Under the pieces are notes generated by a model, which did no database searches, had not been told where the DNA came from, and saw only the letters and a program-made list of their open reading frames with translations. Shown here piece by piece: positions 1 to 8,436 of a stretch of DNA of 64,000 nt. Origin of the DNA: an uncultured virus (IMG/VR IMGVR_UViG_3300020046_005824) (Duplodnaviria > Heunggongvirae > Uroviricota > Caudoviricetes); IMG/VR virus record IMGVR_UViG_3300020046_005824. One strand, 5' to 3'. A program made the translations under genes and the position numbers. How positions within the stretch are numbered: position 1 is the first letter of the stretch; each line of letters opens with the position of its first letter.

Positions 1-328
1 ATGCTGCGGGACTGCACTTGATGGTGGCGATGATGGCCTCGTGGTTCTCGAACGCCACAACGCCGCACTCGTCGTACTTGGTGCCCGGAGCGGACAGGCC
101 GACCATCGCGATGTGGCCGAGACCGGTGGTGACGTCCCACTCCTTGATGTTGTGGGCTTCGGTCAGGTGCGCCGGCCGGTCAGAGCCATCCTTACGGGCA
201 CCGGGCTCGACGGGGTGGTAGATGCCCAGAAAAATCCAGCCGTTCTGCAGGATGACGATGCGCTTGTCCGGCGTACCGTCGTCGGTGAACACGGTGGGGG
301 TGGTTTGCTTTGCACGTTTCGTGGCCAT
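1..328 (-). CDS. Conserved hypothetical phage protein, runs off the window end (MATKRAK...RIVILQNGWIFLG...TTGLGHIAMVG)
   Basis: Translated by hand (not in ORF track); AAGGAG RBS before ATG at 328; frame open to position 1. Confidence 0.7.
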   Translation of the reverse strand, partial: MATKRAKQTTPTVFTDDGTPDKRIVILQNGWIFLGIYHPVEPGARKDGSDRPAHLTEAHNIKEWDVTTGLGHIAMVGLSAPGTKYDECGVVAFENHEAIIATIKCSPAA

Positions 329-402
329 GAGAGACTCCTTGTGGTTATGATGCGCGACATGCGCATCGGGCGGGGCACGGCATGCCCCGCCCGATGGACA
401 CT

Positions 403-615
403 CTAGTCGAGGAAAAGGAACGCGTCAAATATGCGGGCGGCGCGCCGCTCCGATATCAGGGAACGTCCGACGCCGCGGCCGGAACTAAATCGCGGTTTCG
501 GACGGGTGTAATAGGCAGCGGCTAGCTCAAAGCCGTCGTGTATGTATATTCCTTCTATAGAATGCCACACGCGCCCGCGTACGACGACGGGGTTTAGATC
601 GGAGGGGATAATCAT
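403..615 (-). CDS. Small hypothetical protein, C-terminal tag array 1 (degenerate end FLFLD)
   Basis: ATGA-coupled to upstream ORF; last member of the array. Confidence 0.65.
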   Translation of the reverse strand: MIIPSDLNPVVVRGRVWHSIEGIYIHDGFELAAAYYTRPKPRFSSGRGVGRSLISERRAARIFDAFLFLD

Positions 616-815
616 TCTAATATCAGTAAGTCAGACAAAACCGTACCGCGGTTAAACGTGCATGCTTTGCCGTACACGGGCCATATAAGTATGTGGCGCA
701 TTGGATATACGGCGTAGTCAACTCGATTAAGTCGTCGCGTACCGAACGGACTTCTTTGCGCTCGTACGCGGGCAGCGCGCACTACCCTCTGCAAGTTAAA
801 ATTCTCGGCGATCAT
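612..815 (-). CDS. Small hypothetical protein, C-terminal tag array 1 (ends VLSDLLILE)
   Basis: ATGA overlaps at both ends; shared C-terminal motif. Confidence 0.75.
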   Translation of the reverse strand: MIAENFNLQRVVRAARVRAQRSPFGTRRLNRVDYAVYPMRHILIWPVYGKACTFNRGTVLSDLLILE

Positions 816-1024
816 TCTAGGAGCAGTAGAAAAGCCAGCGTGTCAAATTTATCCGTCGGGTGGCCATCGGTAATGGGTGCGACACCCGTGTACGCATACA
901 GCTCTATATACCCTGCAGACCACATGGCCAGAGCACGGCTAGAGGCGCGAAAGTATACGGTGTAATCCGGCCCGAAGCGCATAGCGGGCTCGCACGAACG
1001 CCCGAGAAGAATTGGACTGTTCAT
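812..1024 (-). CDS. Small hypothetical protein, C-terminal tag array 1 (ends TLAFLLLLE)
   Basis: ATGA overlaps; shared C-terminal motif. Confidence 0.75.
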   Translation of the reverse strand: MNSPILLGRSCEPAMRFGPDYTVYFRASSRALAMWSAGYIELYAYTGVAPITDGHPTDKFDTLAFLLLLE

Positions 1025-1230
1025 TCCAATAGTAAAAGTTGGACGAGAACGTCGTACGCTTCGGCGTCTCTGCCTGAATCACAGTAAAAATATTCCTGTT
1101 GCTGTGCTTCTGGATGTTGCTGTGCTTCTGGATTTGTGCTCCAGTTACGCGAATAATCCCAGAAGATACCTATTGGACCTAGATCGCAAGGATACCTATC
1201 TATCTTCGTCGGGTGTTGTTCGGGTGTCAT
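1021..1230 (-). CDS. Small hypothetical protein, C-terminal tag array 1 (ends VLVQLLLLE)
   Basis: ATGA overlaps; shared motif; internal 18-bp duplication. Confidence 0.75.
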   Translation of the reverse strand: MTPEQHPTKIDRYPCDLGPIGIFWDYSRNWSTNPEAQQHPEAQQQEYFYCDSGRDAEAYDVLVQLLLLE

Positions 1231-1457
1231 TCTAATAAAAGAAGTTCAGTCAACGGGTTCTCATACCGCCGGTCTATCCATACAGCGACGCCGCGCGCAC
1301 TGATAGTACGCGCCACTTTCCCAACAGGTTCAATTCCGATACGATACACGCGAGCGCCGCGCCCAACGTACCGACCTGTATTGCCCTTCATGGCAATAGC
1401 AACGCCACTCAATACAACCGTAGGTGCGATCCTCAGATGCCGGCGCTGGTAGGTCAC
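1227..1457 (-). CDS. Small hypothetical protein, C-terminal tag array 1 (ends PLTELLLLE)
   Basis: GTG start overlapping upstream stop (GTGA); shared motif. Confidence 0.7.
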   Translation of the reverse strand: MTYQRRHLRIAPTVVLSGVAIAMKGNTGRYVGRGARVYRIGIEPVGKVARTISARGVAVWIDRRYENPLTELLLLE

Positions 1458-1675
1458 ACGCCCGCCGGCCAAAGGTCATCGTGGAGCCCAGCGAAGACGG
1501 CGATGACGTGATAGTCCTCGGGCTCGGCGTCCTCGGCTGTAGAGACGATTTCAGTCCGCGCAGCATGTACTGCAGCGACAGGGTCCTCGGCGCGAACGTG
1601 CGTGCAGTAGGTGTCCTGCCCGAAATTGTCGGTGTCGTAGTCCGGGTAGAGGAGGATGACGGTGTAGAGTTTCAT
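1454..1675 (-). CDS. Hypothetical phage protein (MKLYTVILLYPDY...)
   Basis: ATGA coupling, GC-rich codon usage. Confidence 0.7.
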   Translation of the reverse strand: MKLYTVILLYPDYDTDNFGQDTYCTHVRAEDPVAAVHAARTEIVSTAEDAEPEDYHVIAVFAGLHDDLWPAGV

Positions 1676-1800
1676 TGGGCTTCCCTTGCAAGTTGACGTA
1701 GCTCGGCCGTCGCGCGGTGCAGGCACCGGGCTTCGGACCAGCCGGGGTGGGCGCGCTTGAGCGCGGCGATAAGCCGGCGGAGTTCAAACGGGGACGGCAT
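1672..1800 (-). CDS. Small hypothetical protein (MPSPFELRRL...)
   Basis: GGAG RBS; fills the gap between coupled ORFs. Confidence 0.55.
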   Translation of the reverse strand: MPSPFELRRLIAALKRAHPGWSEARCLHRATAELRQLAREAQ

Positions 1801-1801
1801 G

Positions 1802-1993
1802 TCATGCTCCCCACGCGAAGCCGGCGATGGCGAACGCAAACATGGCCAACGCAGCGAACAACGCCCCGCTGAAACCATACCCGAGCGCCGACCATAAGTC
1901 GTCACCGAGCATGCGGTCGAGCATCGAGATCAACGCTCCGATGCACATGAACGCGCAGAACACGCCGCCTGCGAGAGCTAGAGAAGGATTCAT
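1802..1993 (-). CDS. Small membrane protein, two predicted TM helices
   Basis: Two hydrophobic segments; GGAG RBS. Confidence 0.7.
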   Translation of the reverse strand: MNPSLALAGGVFCAFMCIGALISMLDRMLGDDLWSALGYGFSGALFAALAMFAFAIAGFAWGA

Positions 1994-1996
1994 GGT

Positions 1997-2542
1997 TCAC
2001 TCCGGTTGTATACGTTTCACCTGCGCGCAGATAGCGTCGGCCATCTCGTACGCGGTCTCTTCGATGTACTTGTCATCGCTGTCGTCGATACCCCACAGCG
2101 ACTCTTCGATGTTGTCGCTCTCGACGAGCTCACCGTCTTCCCCCACTTCCATCAGCGTTACGATGACGCCGATGTAGTGCCACTCGTCGTTCGCCCAGCT
2201 ACGTAAAAACTCGTAGTTACGCTGCACGGCAGCGTGCACGATCTGGCCGCGAGTCGGCGTGCGCCGCAGCTTTTTCGTCAGCTGCTCGGTCTCGTCTTCG
2301 GAAAGGCCCCAGCCGTCTCGCTTCGCGACGCGTGTCGACTCGGCCCAATCGTAGAACCGCTTGCTGCCACGATCTTGGCATAGCTCACGCTCTCCGGGCT
2401 TCTTGTCGCGGGTTGTCCATTCAGACACTTCGCCGTGACCACATTCCTCTTCCCATGGTGGGCCAGAGCTGTCGTCAAACTCGGTGCGGAAGCGAAACTT
2501 CAAGCCGCCGCGCTCGAAGATATCACCATCGTATAGGCTCAT
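1997..2542 (-). CDS. Conserved hypothetical phage protein (acidic)
   Basis: GGAGG RBS before MSLYDGD; long ORF. Confidence 0.75.
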   Translation of the reverse strand: MSLYDGDIFERGGLKFRFRTEFDDSSGPPWEEECGHGEVSEWTTRDKKPGERELCQDRGSKRFYDWAESTRVAKRDGWGLSEDETEQLTKKLRRTPTRGQIVHAAVQRNYEFLRSWANDEWHYIGVIVTLMEVGEDGELVESDNIEESLWGIDDSDDKYIEETAYEMADAICAQVKRIQPE

Positions 2543-2559
2543 ACTGCCCTCCAAATAGA

Positions 2560-2590
2560 GGGAGGTACATTACAGTGTAATGTACCTCCC
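2560..2590. promoter_or_regulatory. 21-bp palindromic operator-like site, copy 1 (within a perfect 15-bp-arm inverted repeat)
   Basis: GGGAGGTACATTACA-G-TGTAATGTACCTCCC, intergenic. Confidence 0.7.
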
Positions 2591-2595
2591 ATGAA

Positions 2596-3750
2596 TTACG
2601 CGCGAATGGTCCTGCCCCACGGCGCAACGACGTCTGTGGACATGACCCACAGGCTCGGGCAGCCGGGCTCCTTGCCCCAGTCGCCGATGTACCCGTCGGT
2701 GAAGGTCATCAAGAAGCTGGGCTTGATGCTGTGGTCGCGCAGGTACTTGAGCACCGGAGCGAACGACGTACCGCCGCCGCCCTTGGGCCGCGTCACCGTG
2801 AGCACGGTCTCGTCGGCGGTGTCGTAGACCTCGTGTGAGCGCACACCATCGTCCCAGTAGATGATGTGCAGCCGCTGCACCGAGAACGACCGCAGGATGT
2901 CACGCACGCCACCCAGCGCGGCCGCGAGCTCCTCGGGCGAGCCCCAGACCGAGCCGGACGTGTCCAGCGTGACCACAGGCTCCTCCAACGTCTCGCCGAC
3001 ACTGGACGGCAGGTACAGCCCTTGGTAGGCGAAGCGTCGGTTGGGGCGGCGCCACGTGGAGTTCTGGCCGGCCGCTGCGGCGGCGGAGACGAACTCCGCC
3101 AACAGGGTGTAGGTGTCATACGTCGGCTCTTTCAAGTCGTCGATGATCGCCTCCAGCGCGCCGGCGCCTGAGCCACTGATGCGCTGGCCCATGCGCATGG
3201 CCAGATCGACCGTGCGTTCGAGCTCCGCGCGTTCTTCCGGCGTCAGCTCGCGGTCGAACTCGTCGTGGTTGTCGATCGTGCCAGTTCCTTTCCCTCCACC
3301 GTTCTGCACGAGGTCGTCGAACACGCGCTGGACCGACCAGCCACGGTACTTGACATCGTGGCATGCGCCGGGTGGCAACGTGGCGACGCTGGTCGCTTGG
3401 TCGGACGCGACGATGGCGTCGTTCACCACAAAGTCCATCGCGATGTTGCACAGCTGCGGGTTGCGCTTGCGCAAGTGCTCCCACTGGGTAGTGTGGCGCA
3501 TCATGCGGTGCAGGCCCTCATGGGCCACAAGCCCTGCCAGCTGCTTGTTGTCGAGTCGCTCGACAAACGACGCCGCGTAGTACGTGTCCACCCCGTCGGT
3601 GTACGCCGTCTGCATCGGGCCGTTGAGCTTGTCGAGCACCTCGTTCTTGCCCATGATCAAAATGCCGCTCATCGCGGCGAACATGGGCGAGCCTTGGAGG
3701 CGAAGTATCGCCCCCTTGACTCGTCGTTGTTGCTTGTACACGTCAGTCAT
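2596..3750 (-). CDS. Metallopeptidase-like plus vWA domain protein (DUF2201-like), MoxR partner
   Basis: HExxH (AHEGLH); MIDAS DTSGS, GGGGTSF and FTDG motifs; adjacent to AAA+ gene. Confidence 0.85.
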   Translation of the reverse strand: MTDVYKQQRRVKGAILRLQGSPMFAAMSGILIMGKNEVLDKLNGPMQTAYTDGVDTYYAASFVERLDNKQLAGLVAHEGLHRMMRHTTQWEHLRKRNPQLCNIAMDFVVNDAIVASDQATSVATLPPGACHDVKYRGWSVQRVFDDLVQNGGGKGTGTIDNHDEFDRELTPEERAELERTVDLAMRMGQRISGSGAGALEAIIDDLKEPTYDTYTLLAEFVSAAAAAGQNSTWRRPNRRFAYQGLYLPSSVGETLEEPVVTLDTSGSVWGSPEELAAALGGVRDILRSFSVQRLHIIYWDDGVRSHEVYDTADETVLTVTRPKGGGGTSFAPVLKYLRDHSIKPSFLMTFTDGYIGDWGKEPGCPSLWVMSTDVVAPWGRTIRA

Positions 3751-3761
3751 GTCGTCCTCCT

Positions 3762-4838
3762 TCAGACGCCAGCGCTCAGGCGGGCAGAGTCCTTGAACAG
3801 GGTGGCCATGCTCTTGGTGCCCGTGACGGCGTTCACGTGGGCGCGGATGGCCAGCGTGGCGAACAGCGCGCCATGCTCCTCGGGCATGCGGGTGATGTAC
3901 TGCCCGAGCGCCTCCAGCTGCGGGGCCTTGAGGCTGCCGATGCGCGTCGCCGCAGTGACTGCGAACACCAGCCCGGCGATCGCATCCTCGGGCAGCTTGG
4001 CCTTGAGCGGGTTGGCCAGCACCTGCTCCATGGGGGTGAGGCGGTCAGCGACCGTGATCAACGACGCCATGTCCGCCGCAGCCTGCCGCCCGATGGTGCC
4101 AGCCAGCGCTGCGGAGAACGCCTCGTGGTCGCCGATGCTGGCGCGCTGCTTGACGATGTGGCCGGCCTTGTGCAGGGAGCGCGGGGTGACAAACGCCGTG
4201 TCCTTGCTGTCGGGCTTGTTGATGTACGGGTTGGACTTGGAAGTCTTGGGGTCGTAGTCTTCCAGCGTCGCGCCGATCTGCGTCACAAACGCGATGACCT
4301 CGGGCGCAACGTCGTTGGCGATCGCCCACTGCGTCCACTCGCTCGGCGTGGGCTTGCGCACAATGATCTCGGTCATCCGGTTGTAGCCGTGCTTGGGCAT
4401 GCGGTCGCCGACACCTTCACCCGCGAGGTTGCCGGTGCCGAACACCAGCGAGCCAGTGGGCAGCTTGTGCTCACCCAGCCGGCCTTCTTGCATCAGCGGG
4501 AGCAGCGCATTCATCACCGCCGGGGATGCCTTGGTCAGCTCGTCGAGCATGATCATCAGCGGCGCACCGTGCTGGAGGCCGAAGCGCGTGCTCGGGGCGA
4601 ACTGCGTCACCTTCACACCGTTGTGCTCGCCCATGAACGGCAGGAACAAGTCCTGCAGATCGGCCAGCGTGCAGTCCACGTACACCGGGATGTGGTTGGC
4701 GAACTCGGGGCGCTCCGCGAGCATGCTCAGGATCGACGACTTGCCGATGCCCATCTCACCACGCAGCATGTACGTGTTGGTCTGGCCGGTCAGGGCGATC
4801 AGGTTGGCGGCTTGGTTCAGGCTGAGTTTGGAGTCCAT
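3762..4838 (-). CDS. MoxR-like AAA+ ATPase
   Basis: Walker A GEMGIGKS, Walker B IMLDE, NALLPLMQEG; paired with vWA gene. Confidence 0.85.
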   Translation of the reverse strand: MDSKLSLNQAANLIALTGQTNTYMLRGEMGIGKSSILSMLAERPEFANHIPVYVDCTLADLQDLFLPFMGEHNGVKVTQFAPSTRFGLQHGAPLMIMLDELTKASPAVMNALLPLMQEGRLGEHKLPTGSLVFGTGNLAGEGVGDRMPKHGYNRMTEIIVRKPTPSEWTQWAIANDVAPEVIAFVTQIGATLEDYDPKTSKSNPYINKPDSKDTAFVTPRSLHKAGHIVKQRASIGDHEAFSAALAGTIGRQAAADMASLITVADRLTPMEQVLANPLKAKLPEDAIAGLVFAVTAATRIGSLKAPQLEALGQYITRMPEEHGALFATLAIRAHVNAVTGTKSMATLFKDSARLSAGV

Positions 4839-5083
4839 TACATTTCCTTCATTGCGTCGGGTTGTGAAACATCAGTGAGCCCTCGACGAGCAGGCTCATA
4901 GATGGATTGGATACCCTGCAGAATAGCCATCTGCTCGGGTGTGAAGTCACTGAAAACGAAGTCGCGCACGATGCAACGACCCAAGGGGGTTGACTTCCTA
5001 AGTTCAAAGGTCGGCAACGCGAAAAGAACCGCCGCGCATTCATCTTCAGTGAAATCGACGATCGTCCATTTATTGATTTTCAT
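4838..5083 (-). CDS. Small paralog family C member (EDECAAVLFALP...TPEQMAIL..IY)
   Basis: TAATG overlap with AAA+ start; similar to the next three ORFs. Confidence 0.7.
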   Translation of the reverse strand: MKINKWTIVDFTEDECAAVLFALPTFELRKSTPLGRCIVRDFVFSDFTPEQMAILQGIQSIYEPARRGLTDVSQPDAMKEM

Positions 5084-5273
5084 TGTATAGCCTCGCTACT
5101 GCGCACAAGATTTCTCTTTGTTCTTTGGTTAGCATCTGATAGGTCGGTAGCGTTAACCTATACCTGTAATTCATCTGCGTGGTCACATATACCAGCATAG
5201 GAACAGCCATCTGTATCGCCGCGGCTTCTTCGTCCGTGCTCACGTACACGGAGTACGCTCCGACTTCTATCAT
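5070..5273 (-). CDS. Small paralog family C member (MIEV...TDEEAAAIQMAVP...TKEQREIL..LY)
   Basis: ATGA coupling; paralogy. Confidence 0.75.
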   Translation of the reverse strand: MIEVGAYSVYVSTDEEAAAIQMAVPMLVYVTTQMNYRYRLTLPTYQMLTKEQREILCAVARLYNENQ

Positions 5274-5479
5274 TTGTAAATATCCTGCACACCGCACGCG
5301 ATGAGTATCTGCTGCGGGGTGAAATGCCACACGCCTGCTGGTGGGCGAAACAGATAAGTAAACCATGCCTTGCTTGCGCCCTTCAGGCGTTCCCGCTTCA
5401 AGCCGGGTATTGCCAGCTCCAGAGCCGCGGCTTCTTCGTCCGTGTCGCAGTATATGCAAATGTCGCTTACGGTTATCAT
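5270..5479 (-). CDS. Small paralog family C member (MITV...TDEEAAALELAIP...TPQQILI..IY)
   Basis: ATGA coupling; paralogy. Confidence 0.75.
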   Translation of the reverse strand: MITVSDICIYCDTDEEAAALELAIPGLKRERLKGASKAWFTYLFRPPAGVWHFTPQQILIACGVQDIYK

Positions 5480-5667
5480 TTGTACAACTCCGCTACCGCG
5501 CGGGCTCGCGCTTGTAACTCCGGGGGAATCCCGGTGCTCCCGGGCATCACGAATATGATGCCGGGCAAGTGTGGTAAGTATTCTTCAAGCTCTGGACACG
5601 CCATCCGTATCGCTTGCTTTTCTTCTTCAGAATCGCAAGCGACGCTGACATTGCTGACCTCAATCAT
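5476..5667 (-). CDS. Small paralog family C member (MIEV...SEEEKQAIRMACP...LY)
   Basis: ATGA coupling at 5664-5667; paralogy. Confidence 0.75.
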   Translation of the reverse strand: MIEVSNVSVACDSEEEKQAIRMACPELEEYLPHLPGIIFVMPGSTGIPPELQARARAVAELYK

Positions 5668-5843
5668 CCCGCCGACAGCTTGCGCTTGAGCGCCCGCAGC
5701 TCCGCAATGTAGGTGGGCTGTCGCACCTGCTGGCCGTGCGCCCGGGCAAGTGCCAGAGAGACGAGCAGACGCAGCGTAGCCCACTGCTCGGGTGTCAGTT
5801 CGCCGAATTCATCTGTGTCGGGTTCAATAAGTTCGATGTTCAT
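5664..5843 (-). CDS. 59-aa hypothetical protein (MNIELIEPD...LTPEQWATLRLL)
   Basis: Translated by hand; ATGA overlaps at both ends. Confidence 0.7.
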   Translation of the reverse strand: MNIELIEPDTDEFGELTPEQWATLRLLVSLALARAHGQQVRQPTYIAELRALKRKLSAG

Positions 5844-6091
5844 TTGAACTCCTTAAAGGTATAGCCGTACATGGAAAGAATTTTGCACGCCAGATCACGG
5901 CGTTCGACCGACCCAAAATAATAGGTAACCCAGCGCCTGTCTACGTCTATGTGCCTCGGTACGTCTATGTGCCTCGGGCTGGCACCTGCCATCTCGAGCG
6001 CGGCGAGATGTTCATCGGACAGAGGGATTGTGTCCCCCGTCTGCGTACAGATAGCTTCATCATACGATTTGAAAATTTCAAGCTTTCTCAT
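5840..6091 (-). CDS. Small paralog family D member (LSDEHLAALEMAG...ILSMYGY)
   Basis: Paralogy with the next three ORFs. Confidence 0.75.
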   Translation of the reverse strand: MRKLEIFKSYDEAICTQTGDTIPLSDEHLAALEMAGASPRHIDVPRHIDVDRRWVTYYFGSVERRDLACKILSMYGYTFKEFK

Positions 6092-6329
6092 TTTCTTCTA
6101 CCTTGAAATCGTACATGGAACAAAGAATGTTGATGGCTAGCCACATCTGATTCTGGTCGTGGAACACCCAGTAGCGTCCTATGTTGTGGCTCGACGGTAG
6201 CAGCTGGGTAATGGTGCACGCGCACCCGGCCATCTGCAGAGCGGCGGTCTGCTCATTGCTGAGGTTGGCGCAGTCCGGCGACCGAGTGAAGAACGCATCG
6301 ATAGATGGCATCGGGCAGAGAATCCTCAT
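6078..6329 (-). CDS. Small paralog family D member (LSNEQTAALQMAG...ILCSMYDF)
   Basis: Paralogy. Confidence 0.75.
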   Translation of the reverse strand: MRILCPMPSIDAFFTRSPDCANLSNEQTAALQMAGCACTITQLLPSSHNIGRYWVFHDQNQMWLAINILCSMYDFKVEENEKA

Positions 6330-6333
6330 ACTG

Positions 6334-6573
6334 TCACCTGATATCTTCTATGGTGTATCCGTACACAGACACGAGAATGTGCGCGGCGGTAGCAGCGGAC
6401 TCTCCATTCTTGAACCGAAAGGCGAGCCAATTGCCGGCGCTGTTGTTATGTAGATGTGTGCGCACAACAGGTACGCCGGCCATTTCGAGCGCCGTTAGCT
6501 GTTCATCTGGCAGTAGCGCGGTGTCGCCGGCCACGGTGAAAAGCGCTTTCGTGGCTAGTTCAAGTGTTCTCAT
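6334..6573 (-). CDS. Small paralog family D member (LPDEQLTALEMAG...ILVSVYGY)
   Basis: Paralogy; ATGA coupling. Confidence 0.75.
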   Translation of the reverse strand: MRTLELATKALFTVAGDTALLPDEQLTALEMAGVPVVRTHLHNNSAGNWLAFRFKNGESAATAAHILVSVYGYTIEDIR

Positions 6574-6791
6574 ATTTTACTGATTCGATACCCGTACAGG
6601 TCGCGGAGCAGCATGGCAACGGCGGGCGCGTCATCCACGGTGTACGTCCAATACGGAAATGAATTCGCCGGTGGCGACGAACGTGCTGAGTATCCCGCCA
6701 ACTCTAAAGCGGCCAAATGCACGGGGTCTAACTGCGCGGTGTCTCCATTCGTGGTGAAAATGGTGTACGTAGCGTACTCAATCGTTCTCAC
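6570..6791 (-). CDS. Small paralog family D member (LDPVHLAALELAG...LLRDLYGY)
   Basis: GTG start overlapping upstream stop; paralogy. Confidence 0.7.
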   Translation of the reverse strand: MRTIEYATYTIFTTNGDTAQLDPVHLAALELAGYSARSSPPANSFPYWTYTVDDAPAVAMLLRDLYGYRISKI

Positions 6792-7060
6792 TTCTTCCCC
6801 GCCTTGGCGTACACGTGGAAAGCCTTCGGGTCGAGGCCGCGATGCGTGGACTTGTCGGACTTGTCGGACAGCCCATACATGGTCCCCGTGTTGCGCCCCG
6901 TGTCGCTCTCCATGCGCTCGCGGGACGCTGTAGCAGCCGCGCCGGCGTTCGCCCGGAAGTACGGGTCGCGGGCGAACACGGTGGGCTCGCCGGTGTCCCA
7001 GTTGAAGCCCGTGTGCGTGGACTTGATGATGTTCGTACCGGGCCAGTAGATGACTTTCAT
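6788..7060 (-). CDS. Hypothetical phage protein (MKVIYWPGTNIIKS...)
   Basis: GC-rich codon usage; coupled on both sides; separates families D and B. Confidence 0.75.
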   Translation of the reverse strand: MKVIYWPGTNIIKSTHTGFNWDTGEPTVFARDPYFRANAGAAATASRERMESDTGRNTGTMYGLSDKSDKSTHRGLDPKAFHVYAKAGKK

Positions 7061-7278
7061 TTATATTCCTCAGGGTTAAAAATAGCGGATATCTGTTCAT
7101 GAGTGAGCCGTACTAGCCCGTCTAGTGCTCGCTCACCTACCATGCTAAAAACCGTCCACCCTAGCTCTGTGCAAGTAGACCTACTTAAATAAATATAGTC
7201 GTGCCCCAATGTACGCAGCGTGCTACGGCAAGCATTACACAGGCGGGGGACAATGAGCTCGTCTATTCGGTACATCAT
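7057..7278 (-). CDS. Small paralog family B member (MYRIDEL...TELGWTVFSMVG)
   Basis: Paralogy; ATGA coupling. Confidence 0.75.
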   Translation of the reverse strand: MMYRIDELIVPRLCNACRSTLRTLGHDYIYLSRSTCTELGWTVFSMVGERALDGLVRLTHEQISAIFNPEEYK

Positions 7279-7490
7279 TTTCTCCCGAGCAGGGCTCTCA
7301 GCTGCCCCACGGTGGGGTAGTAATACTCGTCGAAGTCATTCGACACGCCCATCATGTTGAACGCTGCTACGCACAGCGGTGTGAGTTGTGAGTCGTGTAG
7401 AGTTATACGCGCCGATGGACGTCGGCCTCTCAGGACGCGGAGCATCTTTGCTCGTTCACCCTCGACGAACAACTCTCGCTTCTTATACAC
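7275..7490 (-). CDS. Small paralog family B member (MYKKREL...TPLCVAAFNMMG)
   Basis: Paralogy. Confidence 0.7.
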   Translation of the reverse strand: MYKKRELFVEGERAKMLRVLRGRRPSARITLHDSQLTPLCVAAFNMMGVSNDFDEYYYPTVGQLRALLGRK

Positions 7491-7704
7491 GGTAACTCTC
7501 CGGGTTGAACAGGGCAGCGAATGCTTTTCCGTCTACCCTATTATCGTCAGTGATTCCGATCATCTGCAGGGCGGCCAGACCGAGGGGAGTAAAATCTTCG
7601 GGGTTTACTTGTACAGACCAATCGCACGTCTGTGCGAACTGTCGTAGCCATCGAAGCACATTATTTTCACGGTCCCGATCGAGCATTTCTTCAACTGTGA
7701 ACAT
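7483..7704 (-). CDS. Small paralog family B member (MFTVEEM...TPLGLAALQMIG)
   Basis: Paralogy. Confidence 0.75.
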   Translation of the reverse strand: MFTVEEMLDRDRENNVLRWLRQFAQTCDWSVQVNPEDFTPLGLAALQMIGITDDNRVDGKAFAALFNPESYRV

Positions 7705-7707
7705 GAT

Positions 7708-7728
7708 GTACGTTACACTGTAATATAC
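7708..7728. promoter_or_regulatory. 21-bp palindromic site, copy 2
   Basis: GTACGTTACACTGTAATATAC fills the intergenic gap. Confidence 0.7.
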
Positions 7729-7940
7729 TAATCGAAGAGGGCGGCCAAGGTTTCAGCGGAAATACGCTCGTCGACACGGCCGGCCATGTCTAGGACAGCG
7801 ATGCCTAACTCAGTAAGCGCGTAGTCTGGCATGGAGACTTCTTTAATTTGTGTGCGGAAATATCTTTTTTTCCACTCGCGCATACTGCCAGCCCACTTGC
7901 CGCACAATTCCTCCGCCGTGTACGGGGCTTGCTGTTTCAT
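7728..7940 (-). CDS. Small paralog family B member (YTAEEL...TELGIAVLDMAG)
   Basis: Paralogy. Confidence 0.75.
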   Translation of the reverse strand: MKQQAPYTAEELCGKWAGSMREWKKRYFRTQIKEVSMPDYALTELGIAVLDMAGRVDERISAETLAALFD

Positions 7941-8191
7941 ACCAGTTCTTCCGGTTCTGCGGCGAGAAGTTGGAGCTCGAGCTCGATGGATATCTTAATC
8001 CTACGCCCAGACGTGTCGACGCCCGCCATACCGAATACTGCCAGCCCGAGTGGGGTGAATATTTCCCGGCCGGCGTTGGTAATGCCTAACGATTTGACGC
8101 CCGTACGCACAGCTTTACGTTTCAGAGCCAACCACTCCCGTACGCCTGGCACATATTCTGGCACGTAGAGGTCTTCAACTTTGTACATCAC
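7937..8191 (-). CDS. Small paralog family B member (MYKVEDL...TPLGLAVFGMAG)
   Basis: Paralogy; ATGA coupling. Confidence 0.75.
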   Translation of the reverse strand: MMYKVEDLYVPEYVPGVREWLALKRKAVRTGVKSLGITNAGREIFTPLGLAVFGMAGVDTSGRRIKISIELELQLLAAEPEELV

Positions 8192-8436
8192 GGCTCCGCC
8201 GAAAGAAGCGATACTTGCACATGTGAGGGGAGTCTGATAGTAGGGCGACTGCTTATGCCTTCTACGGTTCCTCCCGCCATCGTGAAAACAGCCACGCCGA
8301 GCGGCGTGATGTTATTCACATAATCCGCCGTAGAGTCGCCGACGTCTGGGGGATGCGCCCTACGGACGCGAAGCCACCCACGGACATTCCTGCGAGCATC
8401 ATCCCGATCATTGAAAATTTCATCTACGGTGTACAC
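8188..8436 (-). CDS. Small paralog family B member (MYTVDEI...TPLGVAVFTMAG)
   Basis: Paralogy. Confidence 0.75.
   Translation of the reverse strand: MYTVDEIFNDRDDARRNVRGWLRVRRAHPPDVGDSTADYVNNITPLGVAVFTMAGGTVEGISSRPTIRLPSHVQVSLLSAEP

Noticed and set aside
403..1457. Terminal Glu explained only by GAATGA start-stop overlap
   Set aside because: Does not explain the Leu run with varied codons or the two array-2 members ending in TAA.
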